Made by a program: the position numbers and the translations under genes. DNA of 64,000 bases from Ylistrum balloti (taxonomy: Eukaryota). Within the stretch, counting starts at the first letter, position 1; every line of letters begins with the position of its first letter. The stretch covers positions 1,116,001 through 1,180,000 of the forward strand of contig NW_026782328.1 in assembly GCF_031769215.1 (NCBI RefSeq). The letters run 5' to 3'. The notes beneath the pieces were generated by a model. That model did no database searches and had not been told where the DNA came from. It saw only the letters and a program-made list of their open reading frames with translations. Below, piece by piece: positions 24,672 to 38,110 of this stretch.

Positions 24672-27600
24672 ATGGATCAAACATCACTAACTGCAGCAGA
24701 ACACCATGGCAGTTTTCCGAACAGAACAAAATGGAACAGTAAACTGCAGTTTCTGCTCTCAGTTCTTGGAATGATTGTAGGGTTTGGAAATATTTGGAGG
24801 TTTCCTTACGTGTGTATGAAAAATGGCGGAGGCAAGATTTTTACCATTTTGTAACTTTTTTTTTCAAATAATAAGGAACACAACAAATCTAATTCAGCCT
24901 ATCAATAATATAATTCAAAATCTTCCATGATAAAAAATGCATTGCATGTAATTTTGACTTTGACTAGGAACTGTTTTGCGCGGTCTAAAATTGTTCATAG
25001 TTTGTCATAAACTTACACACTGCCAAGTTAAGACGTTAAAGGAATAAAGATATATAAATAGATAAATAATTACACAGCTAAAAACTTATTAACTATTAAA
25101 ATCATTGAAGATGATTATTGCTTAGTACATTAATTGTCATCAACATAGTATTTTCGGTTAAATTCCAAAATAGCGATACTTATAGTTACACAAAAAGATT
25201 TAATAAGATAACATAAAATCTGTCTTACCCAACACAGTATAAAACAATACTTGTATCAATTTTACCACTTCATTATATAGTTTGTTTCTACCCTATAAAA
25301 ACAAGACATAAAGATAACATATTAATACAACTGGAAATTATAAGTCAACAGCGATAATCTTATGTACTTAGGTATATATATTCTGAATGCAAATATGTGT
25401 TCATGCAGGTAAAACATGTGATACTGGTTACTATAATCGGCTTTCATTTTTATTTTAAGAATAAAGCACATTATACATTGTGACTTTTGACACATGTAGA
25501 AATGTTTAATTGACCTCTCCAGAAACATTATATTCCAGGTGCCTTTCTGATACCATACATCTTTGCTCTATTCTTCATGGGAATCCCGTTGTATTTCCTG
25601 GAATTATCTCTTGGACAGTTCACCGGAAGATCCTTCAAAGATGTTTGGAGCTACTGTCCTGTAGTTCAAGGTAATGATTATGTTTCTAAAGAAATTAATG
25701 GATTAGGGCACTTGCAGTTCGTTAACGTTCATCATATCATTCCATAGGTAGTTCCTGTTTGCGTTCGTTCCATGGATTTAATTAAAGTTTGTCTTAATGT
25801 AATGATAAATGTTTTATTTCGACGATTTGGTTGGTCTACTTCATATTATTGACGAGGAGACCTTTTCGTCGTTTTCAGATATGGGTTATGAAGTTTTAAT
25901 CATTTTCATTTGTATGCCATATGTTTAGGTTGTTATAAGTATACAGTTATCTGATAAGTATCGCTTAAAAAACAGAAGATATGTGCTATGATCAGAAAAC
26001 GTAATCACTTAGGTAAATTATGTTTTGATCCATTTGAAACCTGTTCTGTACCAATGTGAAAATCCCATATTGTGTAATGTTAATATGGTTTACGTCATCT
26101 TAGACCCGAAAGCCAATCCTTATCTAATAACTTACCGACATACTTTTATAGTTAAATATACAACCAATTTGTTATAGTAAAGAGGAACGGATGATATAAT
26201 AATAAGCTTCGCATACAAAGTCAGACGAAACGAAATTCGAAGGATTTATGAAAACAAATATCCAATATCATAAAGGCTTGTATCAAAGAAGTGCCATATT
26301 GCATAATAACCCCTGGTTCCTGTTGCATGAAGCCAAAAGAAATTTAATTGCAAAGGTGCCTTCATACCGAAATTCAACATTTCCAACAAATATTTCGTAT
26401 CTGGATACGGACATCGTATGCTTTCCTAACTTTTGTATTCCGTCTCTGTTTCAGGACTTGGCATTGGGTTTCAAACGGTATTGGTATTTTTCACATGCTA
26501 TTATGTCATGTTGTTTGCCTGGACACTCTACTATCTGTACTATAGTTTCTACAACCCGTTGCCATGGAGTACGTGTGACAACGAATGGAACACTCCTTAT
26601 TGTTTCAGCACAATGGAAATGGTGTCGACAAATTTTACAAAAGATTTCAACATACATAAAAACAGCACTAATAACAAGTCTGGCTTCCGATTTATTAATG
26701 CTTCTCACAGCATAAGTAACATCAGTGCCATACATCATGACATGTTAAGTATAAACGTTACCAACCAGTATCTGTTGCCTTATGACAATGGAAGCGCTAC
26801 AAGCACGATAAATACCTCTAATATTCACCCCAGGTACGGTCACAGCGCAGAAGAGGAATTTTGGCAGTAAGTTAAAAAAAACGAACGAACACGGAAACCT
26901 CATACAATAAAAAATTCATTTGGTATTTGAACGTAATTTTATTGGACCGCAATGCTACTGAAACCTGGAATCTAGTGAATTAGAATTGATATTTTAGATG
27001 AAAATGGCCACATTAAAGTTATAAAACATGTCCTTGTTCTGATCATCAAGATCTTTAATATTTTATTTGTCCATTAACCTTTCATATTCTTAATGCTATG
27101 TGACAAAAAGTTTTCAAGGTGTGATTCATTACAAAAAGCAGAAAGATTTGTAGTGATATAGTCTAGTCATGTAACAACAATAATACTTTTTGTTTATTTT
27201 GTTTACAAGACAAAGTTAAACTTTCAAAGGACAATGGTGTTCTTTTCGGTAATAATGATAAGTGTTTGAAATTTGTATGACAAATTGTAAAAGTATCAAT
27301 GATAAATAAATATATAACTGCCTGTATTCCAGGTACAAAATACTGGACATATCATCAGGACTGGATAACATAGGCTCTATAAACGGAAACGTAGTAGTAT
27401 GCATGGCTGTGTCCTGGGCTCTGGTATGTCTCTGTGTCAGTAAAGGTATCCGGACATCTGGAAAGGTAACATATTGATATAACGGTGGTCGGGATCAGTA
27501 TCATTTTATGATTTAACAATAAATGACATAAGAAGTTGTAGGTAGCAGATGTATACTTTATAGCTATTAATGCCTTTGAAAAAAACTAGAAAAGCTATTT

Positions 27601-30600
27601 TGTATTGTGTGGAAACAAAATAGTGTAATCCTCACTACAACATATTTATGTTACAGGTTGTGTATGTGACAGCTACAGTTCCGTATCTACTTCTGACCAT
27701 CCTACTCGTTCACTCTCTCACGTTACCAGGTTCGTTTGACGGAATTGTGTTTTTCATAAGACCTGACTTCAATTCTCTAACAAATATCCAGGTACGCTAT
27801 GGTTAGCATGGTAGAAGTAGATGATATGTATCAGTTAGCACGCTGTTTACAACAGGAATATCATTGATGATATGGCACTAATCAAGCTTTGTAAACATGC
27901 CCATACTGATAGCATGGTCCTCCAACAACAATTTCTTTAAATTGAATTTGCAAATACGAGAGATGATGTTATTAACATTAGCAATATTTTACACCCAATG
28001 TTTGCTAAAGCTAACATTCTACCATACTTTCAAAGCAGAAATACACCTGTAATTTCCTACAATTACTTCTAGCCCATTGAATCCAAACTTCTCATCTTCA
28101 AATAAACGCTGCAACAAGTAAAAGTAGATGATCTAAGAACTACTCCATCAGCTTGTTCTTGTTCTACCTCTTCTTATAACGATGATTCAGCTGGACACAT
28201 AGTAACTGGTAATTTAAGCGTTATTCGAAATGTTAAGCTACAAGAGCTTTTCATGAAAGGACCAAAATTTCGTGAAGCCCCGTCAGTTAATTGGAAAATA
28301 AATTTCAAGATACTTCTTGATTCCCCTGAAAACTATGCCAGAGAATGGGCGAAACGAGAACGTACTGCGTTCGATTTATTTTCTGGGTGAATAAAGTCCG
28401 CTTGATCCATCATTCTTAAAAGAATTTGCAGCTTAAAATCTAAATTGGAAGCTAATCGGGGTCAGCGTTCCTTGAACCCGATGTTAAATCCACATCCACA
28501 CGTCATTATGACAGGTATGTTATTTTGCCTGCAGATAAGGCGTTCAGTCAACCGATCCTTGTCTGCAGACATTCGTACATTTTCTGTAAACAATAAGAAA
28601 GAAATATTTCTTAATAACGCAGAGAACCCCACATATATATTATGCACTCTTCCCGAAGGAGAAGTACCGGCTAATCATGACTCAGTATCACAATCATTGC
28701 ATATTTATGATAAGAATGCGGCCCTTCCCTGTTGATATTGGATTTCAAAACTTCAAAAGAATTCATATTAACAACGTTTTATTGCTGGTTAATGATCAAC
28801 CAAAAACGTTGTTAAAACTACCGACTACCATTCTTAGCGCTATCAAACATGGGTTGCAGTCGTATTGTGATACTACATACTGATGAAGTGGAATTAATTA
28901 CGTTTGTCCAATCTTCAACACCGTCAGCATTTCTTCTATAAAATCATTTGATTTTTTCACTCTGTACACCACATTATCCAACTCTCAACTAACGAAACAT
29001 CTTCGTTTACTTGTTATGAAAACTTTCTTTTCCAAGAAAGGTGAACGGCGGTACAGATATATATGGTTATGTTGATGCGTGTTTCTCGAAAAATTACGTT
29101 CTAATCAAAGAAGAAATATGTGTTTGACGAAAGCATAAAAAATGATCGACTATTAGGTTAACAGTATCTTCGTCTGGTTTTGCGATATTGACATACCGAT
29201 AGGAACTAACTGTGCCTGTTTATTGGCTGATTTGTGTTGTTTTCAGACCAGGCTGGATTTATTAAAGAACTTATCAAAACGGATCACAAACACCTTACAA
29301 AGTCGTTTAATTCACTTTCAGATATATTGATGGCGTCTTGTTTTTAAATAGTGAGATATTTATTGACCACGTCCATAGAATACACCCACCAAAATTGGAA
29401 ACCACGAACGATTCTTCTACATCAGTCGTTTCTATCGATATTTTTCTACAACGAAACCAACACTGACAGCTTTCCGTAGGCATGATGATTTCCATTTCCC
29501 TATTGTGAATTTTCCATTTCTTGTTTGTAGTCTTCATCCTATGGTGCTTACGTGTCGTAATTGATTTTTTTATTCAAAGAACTGATATGACGTTATGTCA
29601 TTATAACCATCGTGGAAGAAGTCGTCAACTTATGGACAAAGTTCTGACACGGGGTTTGGTATCAAAAGATTCAGGTTGATTAAAACAACGGTCGTCATAT
29701 TGACCTTATTGAGAAATGTTCTGTTTCTTTGTAGATTATGAAGCTGGACGTGTTTGATGTTTGATATTTTACCTGTTCGTTCCATAGTTATTTACATTGT
29801 GACTTATTTTTATTGACCAAGGTTTACATCGCAGGCGTCGTGGCTGAAACAGAAGACACTTACTCTTCTGGAACACCTCATCTTATTCTCACGTAGTTGT
29901 TCAGACGTTTCTATGTAAATCTTTCTTTTGTTCATATTTAGGCCTAATTTTATTGAATTTGAGTCGTGGGTATGTTTAAATGTTGGTATTTCCCTTGTTC
30001 AACTAATATGACAGCGTGTCTTCTTTTTATTTTCTTCAATTTATTTTACCTATTCATTTGAAGTTTTAATCACCCCCATTTAATCTCCAACACTCAAGGT
30101 CCATTATATCTCTGACAAACTCTACATGAATGAAAACATATGTGCAATGCAGTTTGATACATTATATAACTATATATTTCTAAAGTTCATTTGTGTGTTT
30201 ATAGGTCTGGTTAGATGCTGGTATCCAAGTTTTCTTTTCCTTGGGCCTAGGAGGAGGCGTGCTTATTACACTTTCAAGTTACAACAAATTTTACAATAAC
30301 TGTCTGAGGTAAAGACTTCAAAATTAAATAAACCGTCCTGTTTTATAATCCGTGCATTCTTTTTTTTCTTCTTCTTCTTTAGTTAACGGTTTGATACAGT
30401 TACACTATATTTGTCAGAGCGTTTGTGTTATCTGCAAAACGAGAAAATCAGTCGATGACGATGATTCAAATGTTATGAAACCCTCGAAAATCCATAAACC
30501 ACCGTCGTCGCAATTCTATCACTCAATGAAATGCAACTTAGCAACAAATGACACCACATGTATATTATATTGTTAGCAGGTTACGTACCTTTAAACTAAC

Positions 30601-33600
30601 TTACGTTTGTCAACCTGTTGGTTCCATTGTTTCAACACAGATCTCATTCGAGAACTTGACATTGACCTCGGTTTACGTGGCGGTTGTCGTCGAATGAAAT
30701 GTTCCCAAACATCTTTCTATTTTTGTTTTAGGCCATATAGTGACGAGTGACAGGATATAAGACTTTAATAACAGCCGATCAATTGACATATCGCTAAAAC
30801 ATTTAGACCACATGTATCAAAGAAGACTCATTTTAATTTCTCACCTTTCTGAGAGATAGGTAAAAATTGCATGTAACATTATCTTATTCAGAAGTACCAG
30901 GTAAATTGTTATGAAATTATATTTTTGATTTGTTATTGATAATGGACCTTTTTCACGGTATTAGTTTTCCATTTTCCACAGTTTAAACACCCATGACCAC
31001 ACGGTCGGAAAGTCAAAGGTAAAATTCAACTGCATTAATTGTTTTTTCATGGTTGCGTTTTCTGTTGATTGCAGTATTAATAACAAACCCATGACCTGAT
31101 TCTCATACAACTTCCACATGTTTTTTCCTTGTATAACAAACATTTCAAATGCCGAGATTGACTCCTTATTTATATTAAGCGTGGTTTTTGCGCTCTATTG
31201 TAGGGATGCCTTCATTCTTACATTAGCAAACCAGGCTACCAGTGTGTTTGGTGGGTTTGTTATATTCTCTGCGCTAGGTTTTATGGCCCATCAGGCAAAT
31301 CTGCCTATTACAGAAGTTTCAAAATCCGGTAAGTGTTGGAAGTTAAATCATTCAGATATTTTAAGATATTTGATAGTTTTTCTTATCTAATATACCATTT
31401 ACTTGCACTTTACATAAAGATTTAGAACGACTTCTTTTTCAAAATTGAATCAATATTTTTTGTAACATTCTATTGTCAAACACGTAAAATATTAAAAAGA
31501 CAATAATTCCTTATACAATATTTATCTAGAATCAATAATAATAAAACAACGATTGCTTCTGTCATTTCTGTCATTAGGTCCAGGCTTAGGTTTTGTGGCT
31601 TACCCCATGGCTGTTTCACAGATGCCTGTATCCAACGTCTGGGCAGTATTGTTTTTTACAACTATGGTAACGCTGGGATTGGACACTATGGTAAGATGTT
31701 AGCAATAATATTATTACTATTCTGTACATGTGAAAAGATGTATGGTAAAATATTAGGATCATTATATGTATATGTTGTGATGGCGTACCGGTAAAACAAG
31801 TATATTGGTTAAATTGTAGTTTCTTTTTCTTTTTCTTTATTTCTCTGAAAATGGGGAGGTAGGTAGGAGGTTCTTAACAAAAGTTTAAACCAAAAAGAAT
31901 GCGGTATATTTTATGATATTCATGAAATGGGCAATGCTTTCATCTATCAAATTTTACGTTTTTCTTTTATCTAAAACTGATCATAAACAATAACCACCCC
32001 GTACCCCACACTCCCACTGACTTAACAATCTTTACATTATTCATGGCTAGACGATTTGTCCCCATAGATGCCTAGTTTAAGGCATGAATAGGGCACCAGT
32101 CAAAATGGCCTTCATTTATCATTTGTGTTTTCTATTATTTCTTCTTTCTTTTAAAGCCAAGATCATTTTTCACATCTTTTCAGCAGTTTTAGATTGGGCC
32201 ATGGCAATAAACCTTCTTGTTCATTATATTTCAGTTTGGGCTTATTGAAGCTGAATTTGACTTTTTTGAAGATTGCTTCCCTTTCTTGAAAAAGAGACAA
32301 ACAATATCAAGAATAGCTCTCTCGTCAATATGCGTGCTACTATCATTACCTTTCTGTACACAGGTATGTTTGCGTTTGTTTTCTGAAATATATACATATA
32401 TAAGAATATACGGGAAATAATAAGTTACAGTATCAACTACGCAGATAGATAAACTGAATGAAGATTCGTGATGTCCAATAGGTAAAAGCAGAAAATCCAC
32501 GTTCTTTAAAACAAATTATATTATGAGTAGCAATAACATATAAGCGAATATCAATTATAGCAGTTTTTATCAGTTCATTTATATCATGTCATATTATTTA
32601 TTTTATTTATTTGTGATATATATGTTCTGACAGGCGTTTGTTGTAAAGCAATGATAAAAGAAATTTAGTAGGAATCATGTTAAGATACTACTTTCTTTTA
32701 GGGTGGCGTGTTCCTTTTCCAGCTGGCTGACTGGTATATCTATACCTTTGCTCCGATGTTCTTTACATCAATAGAGTGCATCACGGTAGCCTGGGTTTAC
32801 GGTACGTTTTTCGTTTTTGGGAGACGATTTATACATATATTCCATTTTTGTTACAGACGATGTGAAAGTCGAACTTGAAAAGTTTTGTTTGCAGAAACGA
32901 TTTGCAAGTTCACGGGATTTGTTTTAATGACTGTTTTCCATCAATTTATCTTCTAAACCCATTTTGATTATATTTGCGCTAGCATGCCAGCAAAAAGTAG
33001 AAGTAAGAGCAAACCCCATTTATTGTGGGATTTAAGTGAGCTTTGAATCTGACACTTAAATTCCTATTTGCACTAGAAAAAGACCCATTTTATTTGCATA
33101 TTCCCTTTCAAAATGAATCACGAACAAATGTAACTAATTCTAGAAACATCACTTTAACTCAAAATAGAAAGTAGGTAACCCGTGTGCTTAAAAACTGTGA
33201 TAAGGAATCAACAACATTGAAAAATAGACTTGAGAAATTCATTAAATATAAAATCTTTTATTACTATGTTTACATCTTGTATAAGACCAACTCCGGAACA
33301 TATTAATGTATTTTTGGATAACTTTGATAATGAAGATAAACATTTTTAAAATCTATACACTTATACGCAGAAAGAGTATTTAACTGTTTACGGAGGAGAC
33401 ATCGCATTAGAAAATAATAAAGCATTCAATATTACACATTAAACTCCCCATCTTATTTAAGGGATGTTGAAAGTTCTTTTATTAATGGTGTTACGGATTT
33501 AATACATCCTCCCAGGAAACATGGAATTTCTAATCAATCATTATACCTAACAGAAAATCATATTGATAGTTATTAACCTTTTACGCTAAATACATTTTAT

Positions 33601-36600
33601 TAATCTGATTTCTTTCTTGCAAACATTACATCATTATCCCAAATGAAAAAGTTTCGAATTAATCAATACATCAGAGTCAACTAGACATTTGTAAAACCAA
33701 ATGTTCAGAAAAATCAGGCAAAGGAACATTTATATAATACGTCAGTTGAAAAATGATATGTAATTGTGAATATCTGTCATCCCTTCTTAGTGTACCCATA
33801 CTATCAACTCTATTTAGTATGAATATCACTTGCATTAGAGTTTTCATGGTAGTTGGCAATTCGATGATAACCTCAATGCAAATATTCATAAAAATTCATT
33901 TTGACAATAGGATGATTCTTATGTAATATGTTAACGATATGTAATTACTCATTTCACTGTAACTGCAACACGAATACAAAAACAAAAAACCAAAAACAAG
34001 AACAAACAAACAAAAAACAAAAACGATTTATCAAATATGTTAAAAATATTCAAATGATAGAATTTTAATCTATAGATAATCGATGAATGATGTGAATGAA
34101 TGCTGCATGGTTGAAATTCAATAAGGACCCGGGAGAAACGATCCATGTCAGTAGTATGGACCGTAGAGATGTTGATCCTCGGTAGAATCTTTGGATTCTA
34201 GCTATGTAACACTGATATTCTTTATGGTGATTTTGATATCGGATTTACCTCCCCTGGATGATTAGAATGGTACAATGAATATCATTGAGCAATTTAACTT
34301 TCAGTACAAAAATGTATGATATAAATCAAGTAATTTTGTTTTTTGTAATTTGTATGTTAATAATTGTATTTTTTATTGTTTATTTGTATCTTCAGCTGGA
34401 GGCGGACTATTAAGGGCAAGGCTTGTTGTCCATGGTTTTGTTTACACAATTAAATTCGTTGAAATAAAAATGAAAATAGAAATCAAACAAACATATAACG
34501 CTACTCGATGATCTCCTTCCCAGGTGCTGAGAGGTTCTCTACGGACGTGGAATTGATGATCGGAAGAAGAGTACCTGGATATATCAAATTTTGTTGGTGT
34601 TCCCTCTCGCCTCTTGTCTTATTTGTACGCGTTTTTTTTTATCAACTAAAATCATTTCCATTTGAGGTGTAATGTTTCCAATATATGTATGCAATTTTTT
34701 TAGGCTTGTGTACCTTCATGATAATTGCACAACCTGATTTCTGAGTTTCCTTTGTTAAAAAACGCGTTGGTCAATTATGTCTTTCAATTGGCCAACAGAT
34801 GATTTGACGATCTTGTTTTCGAAACAAGCCATATGATTTTTTTTTCTGAAAGCTGCAACAAAACACTTATGGTATCTTGGGTAATGTTTTACAAAAGACC
34901 TTGACAAATGGGTAAACCTGGTCTTCACATTAGCTGCTGTTTGGTCCAAATACAATTTGTTTGGCCGATCTTCACACAGCCCCAACTGTTCTTTAGGTTA
35001 AAAAGAAAGATTTCAGCACGGACTTCACATAAAATCAACAGTTATTTGGACAAAATAAAAGTTTTAGCACGGTCTAACATTAGCTGCTATTTGTTTCCAT
35101 TGGCATATGAATTCGCACGGTTTTGCTGAACATAACTGTTGTGTCCTTTTATGTTTCCCCCGCATAACCCTTAACAATGCTGTATACTTGAATGTGCTCA
35201 ATAGGAATGAAGACAAACGAATACTTTATATCAGTCTATCGGTACCAGCAATGAGTATTCCCTTAAAAATTTCTATTGATCGCCAAATAGTCATTTATAC
35301 TGATTTTACTTCTTATAATGCCCATGTGTTTATTGTAATTAAATCAATTTTCAAGATCAAATATGATAAGGATACATTTTTAAACGTCCCACTTGAGAAT
35401 AAATATATAAATTTTAAATCTTGTATATTAAGTTGTCATTCAATTACAATAAATGTTACTATAATAAAAAGTTAATTTTTACATATAGGTGGTAATGATG
35501 GCTGGATTTGTATCATATGTACCACCGACATATGGGGACTATGTATACCCTGACTGGGTGTCTGGAGCAGGCTGGACATACGCCATTCTACCTAATGTAT
35601 TTTTTATTGTTTATTTGTATCTTCAGCTGGAGGCGGACTATTAAGGGCAAGGCCTGTTGTCCATTGTTTTGTTTACACAATTAAATTCGTTGAAATAAAA
35701 ATGAAAATAGAAATCAAACAAACATATGACATTACTCGATGATCTCCTTCCCAGGTGCTGAGAGGTTCTCTACGGACGTGGAATTGATGATCGGAAGAAG
35801 AGTACCTGGATATATCAAATTTTGTTGGTGTTCCCTCTCGCCTCTTGTCTTATTTGTACGCGTTTTTTTTTATCAACTAAAATAATTTCCATTTGAGGTG
35901 TAATGTTTCCAATATATGTATGCAATTTTTTTAGGCTTGTGTACCTTCATGATAATTGCACAACCTGATTTCTGAGTTTCCTTTGTTAAAAAACGCGTTG
36001 GTCAATTATGTCTTTCAATTGGCCAACAGATGATTTGACGATCTTGTTTTCGAAACAAGCCATATGATTTTTTTTTCTGAAAGCTGCAACAAAACACTTT
36101 AAGTAGCTTATGGTATCTTGGGTAATGTTTTACAAAAGACCTTGACAAATGGGTAAACCTGGTCTTCACATTAGCTGCTGTTTGGTCCAAATACAATTTG
36201 TTTGGCCGATCTTCACATAGCCCCAACTGTTCTTTAGGTTAAAAAGAAAGATTTCAGCACGGACTTCACATAAAATCAACAGTTATTTGGACAAAATAAA
36301 AGTTTTAGCACGGTCTAACATTAGCTGCTATTTGTTTCCATTGACATAGGAATTCGCACGGTTTTGCTGAACATAACTGTTGTGTCCTTTTATGTTTCCC
36401 CCGCATAACCCTTAACAATGCTGTATACTTGAATGTGCTCAATAGGAATGAAGACAAACGAATACTTTATATCAGTCTATCGGTACCAGCAATGAGTATC
36501 GTGTAACTGACTTCCCTTAAAAATTTCTATTGATCGCCAAATAGTCATTTATACTGATTTTACTTCTTATAATGCCCATGTGTTTATTGTAATTAAATCA

Positions 36601-37338
36601 ATTTTCAAGATCAGATATGATAAGGATACATTTTTAAACGTCCCACTTGAGAATAAATATATAAATTTTAAATCTTGTATATTAAGTTGTCATTCAATTA
36701 CAATAAATGTTACTATAATAAAAAGTTAATTTTTACATATAGGTGGTAATGATGGCTGGATTTGTATCATATGTACCACCGACATATGGGGACTATGTAT
36801 ACCCTGACTGGGTGTCTGGAGCAGGCTGGACATACGCCATTCTACCTGCATTACCGTTTATAGCTGTAGGCATCAAAGTCATCTTCGACTCTCCAGGGGA
36901 AACACTGTTTCAAGTAAGATAATATCTTATTTTTTGTTTTTCGCTATTACTATTTATGTGTTATTAATGTCAGAGCTTTACAGGTAAACAATACATTATG
37001 TTTCATGCTTAAATGACGTCAAAAGACGGTAACGGCAATCTTAAACTCGACTACAAGTTCTAGTTTACTAAGAATTAGAAATGTATGTAAAGTGTTTAAA
37101 ATGTACCGCAACATTGATTTATAAATCCGTCTTATAAAACATAACGATTACTGACATTTCGTTATAGAAACTACGTCAGTCGACGAATCCAACACCAGAC
37201 TGGCAACCAGCAGAAAACAAAGTCGATTACAGGGTCATCCTCTGTGAGAAACAAGGGAACTTCAGACAACGTTTTCTTGCGAACCTCGGTTGCTTTCCCA
37301 GTAAGCCGACATACCAAGACGATCATACTGTCGTATAA
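24672..37338 (+). CDS. SLC6 family transporter, paralog B (13 coding exons, 661 aa; exon 11 and part of exon 12 duplicated)
   Basis: Exons 24672-24831, 25539-25670, 26455-26866, 27333-27465, 27657-27791, 30205-30308, 31204-31328, 31578-31690, 32235-32363, 32702-32801, exon 11 at 34524-34624 or 35755-35855, 36743-36913, 37168-37338. Sum 1986 nt, open frame. Same exon lengths and phases as paralog A except exon 3 (+3 nt). GC donor in intron 1. Confidence 0.93.
27900..29975 (+). mobile_element. Degenerate Penelope-like element (Naiad-type architecture inferred) in SLC6-B intron 5
   Basis: Interrupted frames give [75 protein letters not shown] (YIDD motif), [13 protein letters not shown]. The RT is followed directly by the shared 3' tail. 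Confidence 0.8.
33200..34470 (+). mobile_element. CR1/L2-like LINE 3' relic in SLC6-B intron 10
   Basis: [21 protein letters not shown] remnant of the post-RT region. 3' tail GGAGGCGGACTATTAAGGGCAAGG..TTAAATTCGTTGAAATAAAA. Heavily mutated; boundaries approximate. Confidence 0.55.
34365..36847 (+). repeat. Direct tandem duplication of ~1.23 kb inside SLC6-B (copy 1 ~34365-35593, copy 2 ~35596-36847)
   Basis: Near-identical copies of the LINE tail, exon 11, intron 11 and the first 105 nt of exon 12. They differ by a few SNPs and two small indels (~10 and ~12-13 bp). The junction CTACCT-AA-TGTATTTTTT lies inside exon 12. Confidence 0.92.
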
Positions 37339-37899
37339 TCAACGGGTTTCTTGGGGATGTTTAAACAAATATGTTTAACGTTGATTATCTAAGAATCCTA
37401 GCACGATAATGACATCCGGTTCAGATATTCCATGATTCCTGGATGCCTCCGATTTACATTATTCAGACTTGTGGACATGAAAATGTACGGGCCATCTTTA
37501 ATTATTTCTGAAATAACGCAAAAACGTTATTCAAATGTGTTATCCGCTCACTGTGAATATCCGGTATATTTAGATCCATTATGTAGCGAAAAATGTCACA
37601 TATTCTGCCTCCGTACTGCGCTGTTACCCGAGCAAACATCTCACTTAAATTTCATTTACATCATGCATATTAAAGTTGTATGGTGCAAATGCATGTAGTC
37701 TATATAGATAGTATGTACACGGTACTCCCATGTAAATGGTTTTAGTTTATGATGCACCTGAGTATTTGTAACACTTAACTCATGTGTGTACTGACAAACA
37801 CATAACGCATTCCTTGTTTGGCTGATGAATGTATTATAACTATAAACAGTTGATTATCAGATATAAAGTGATTTTTTGTGATATTTCCATACAACATAC

Positions 37900-38110
37900 A
37901 GGTATGAATGAGAGAACTCTCTATGATCATAAAAAGAGTAGAGCTGTCTACCAATTGCGCCTTTACATTTCCGAAAGAAGCATTCAGTTTTACGGATGGA
38001 TATACCAATGGTCCCTATGATGTGAATATCAGTGTTTATGAGTTTCGGGATAAACAGAATACATTTCTAGTATCTTACAATACGAGAATCATTTTAACTC
38101 GGTACAGAGA
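37900..38110 (+). mobile_element. Possible highly degraded Penelope-type RT fragment
   Basis: ORF 37908-38141 (ELSTNCAFTF..FTDG..DVNISVYEFRDK..TRY) loosely follows the F-x-F..Q-x-DG-x-x-MG..ANIF..RYVDD order of PLE RT. Weak similarity judged by eye. Confidence 0.3.

Noticed and set aside
26248-26738. Overlapping ORFs 26248-26715, 26348-26545 and 26451-26738 as extra genes
   Set aside because: They are alternative-frame or antisense shadows of SLC6-B exon 3. The same applies to 16089-16481, 17668-17997, 8021-8227, 42213-42407 and similar ORFs over real exons.
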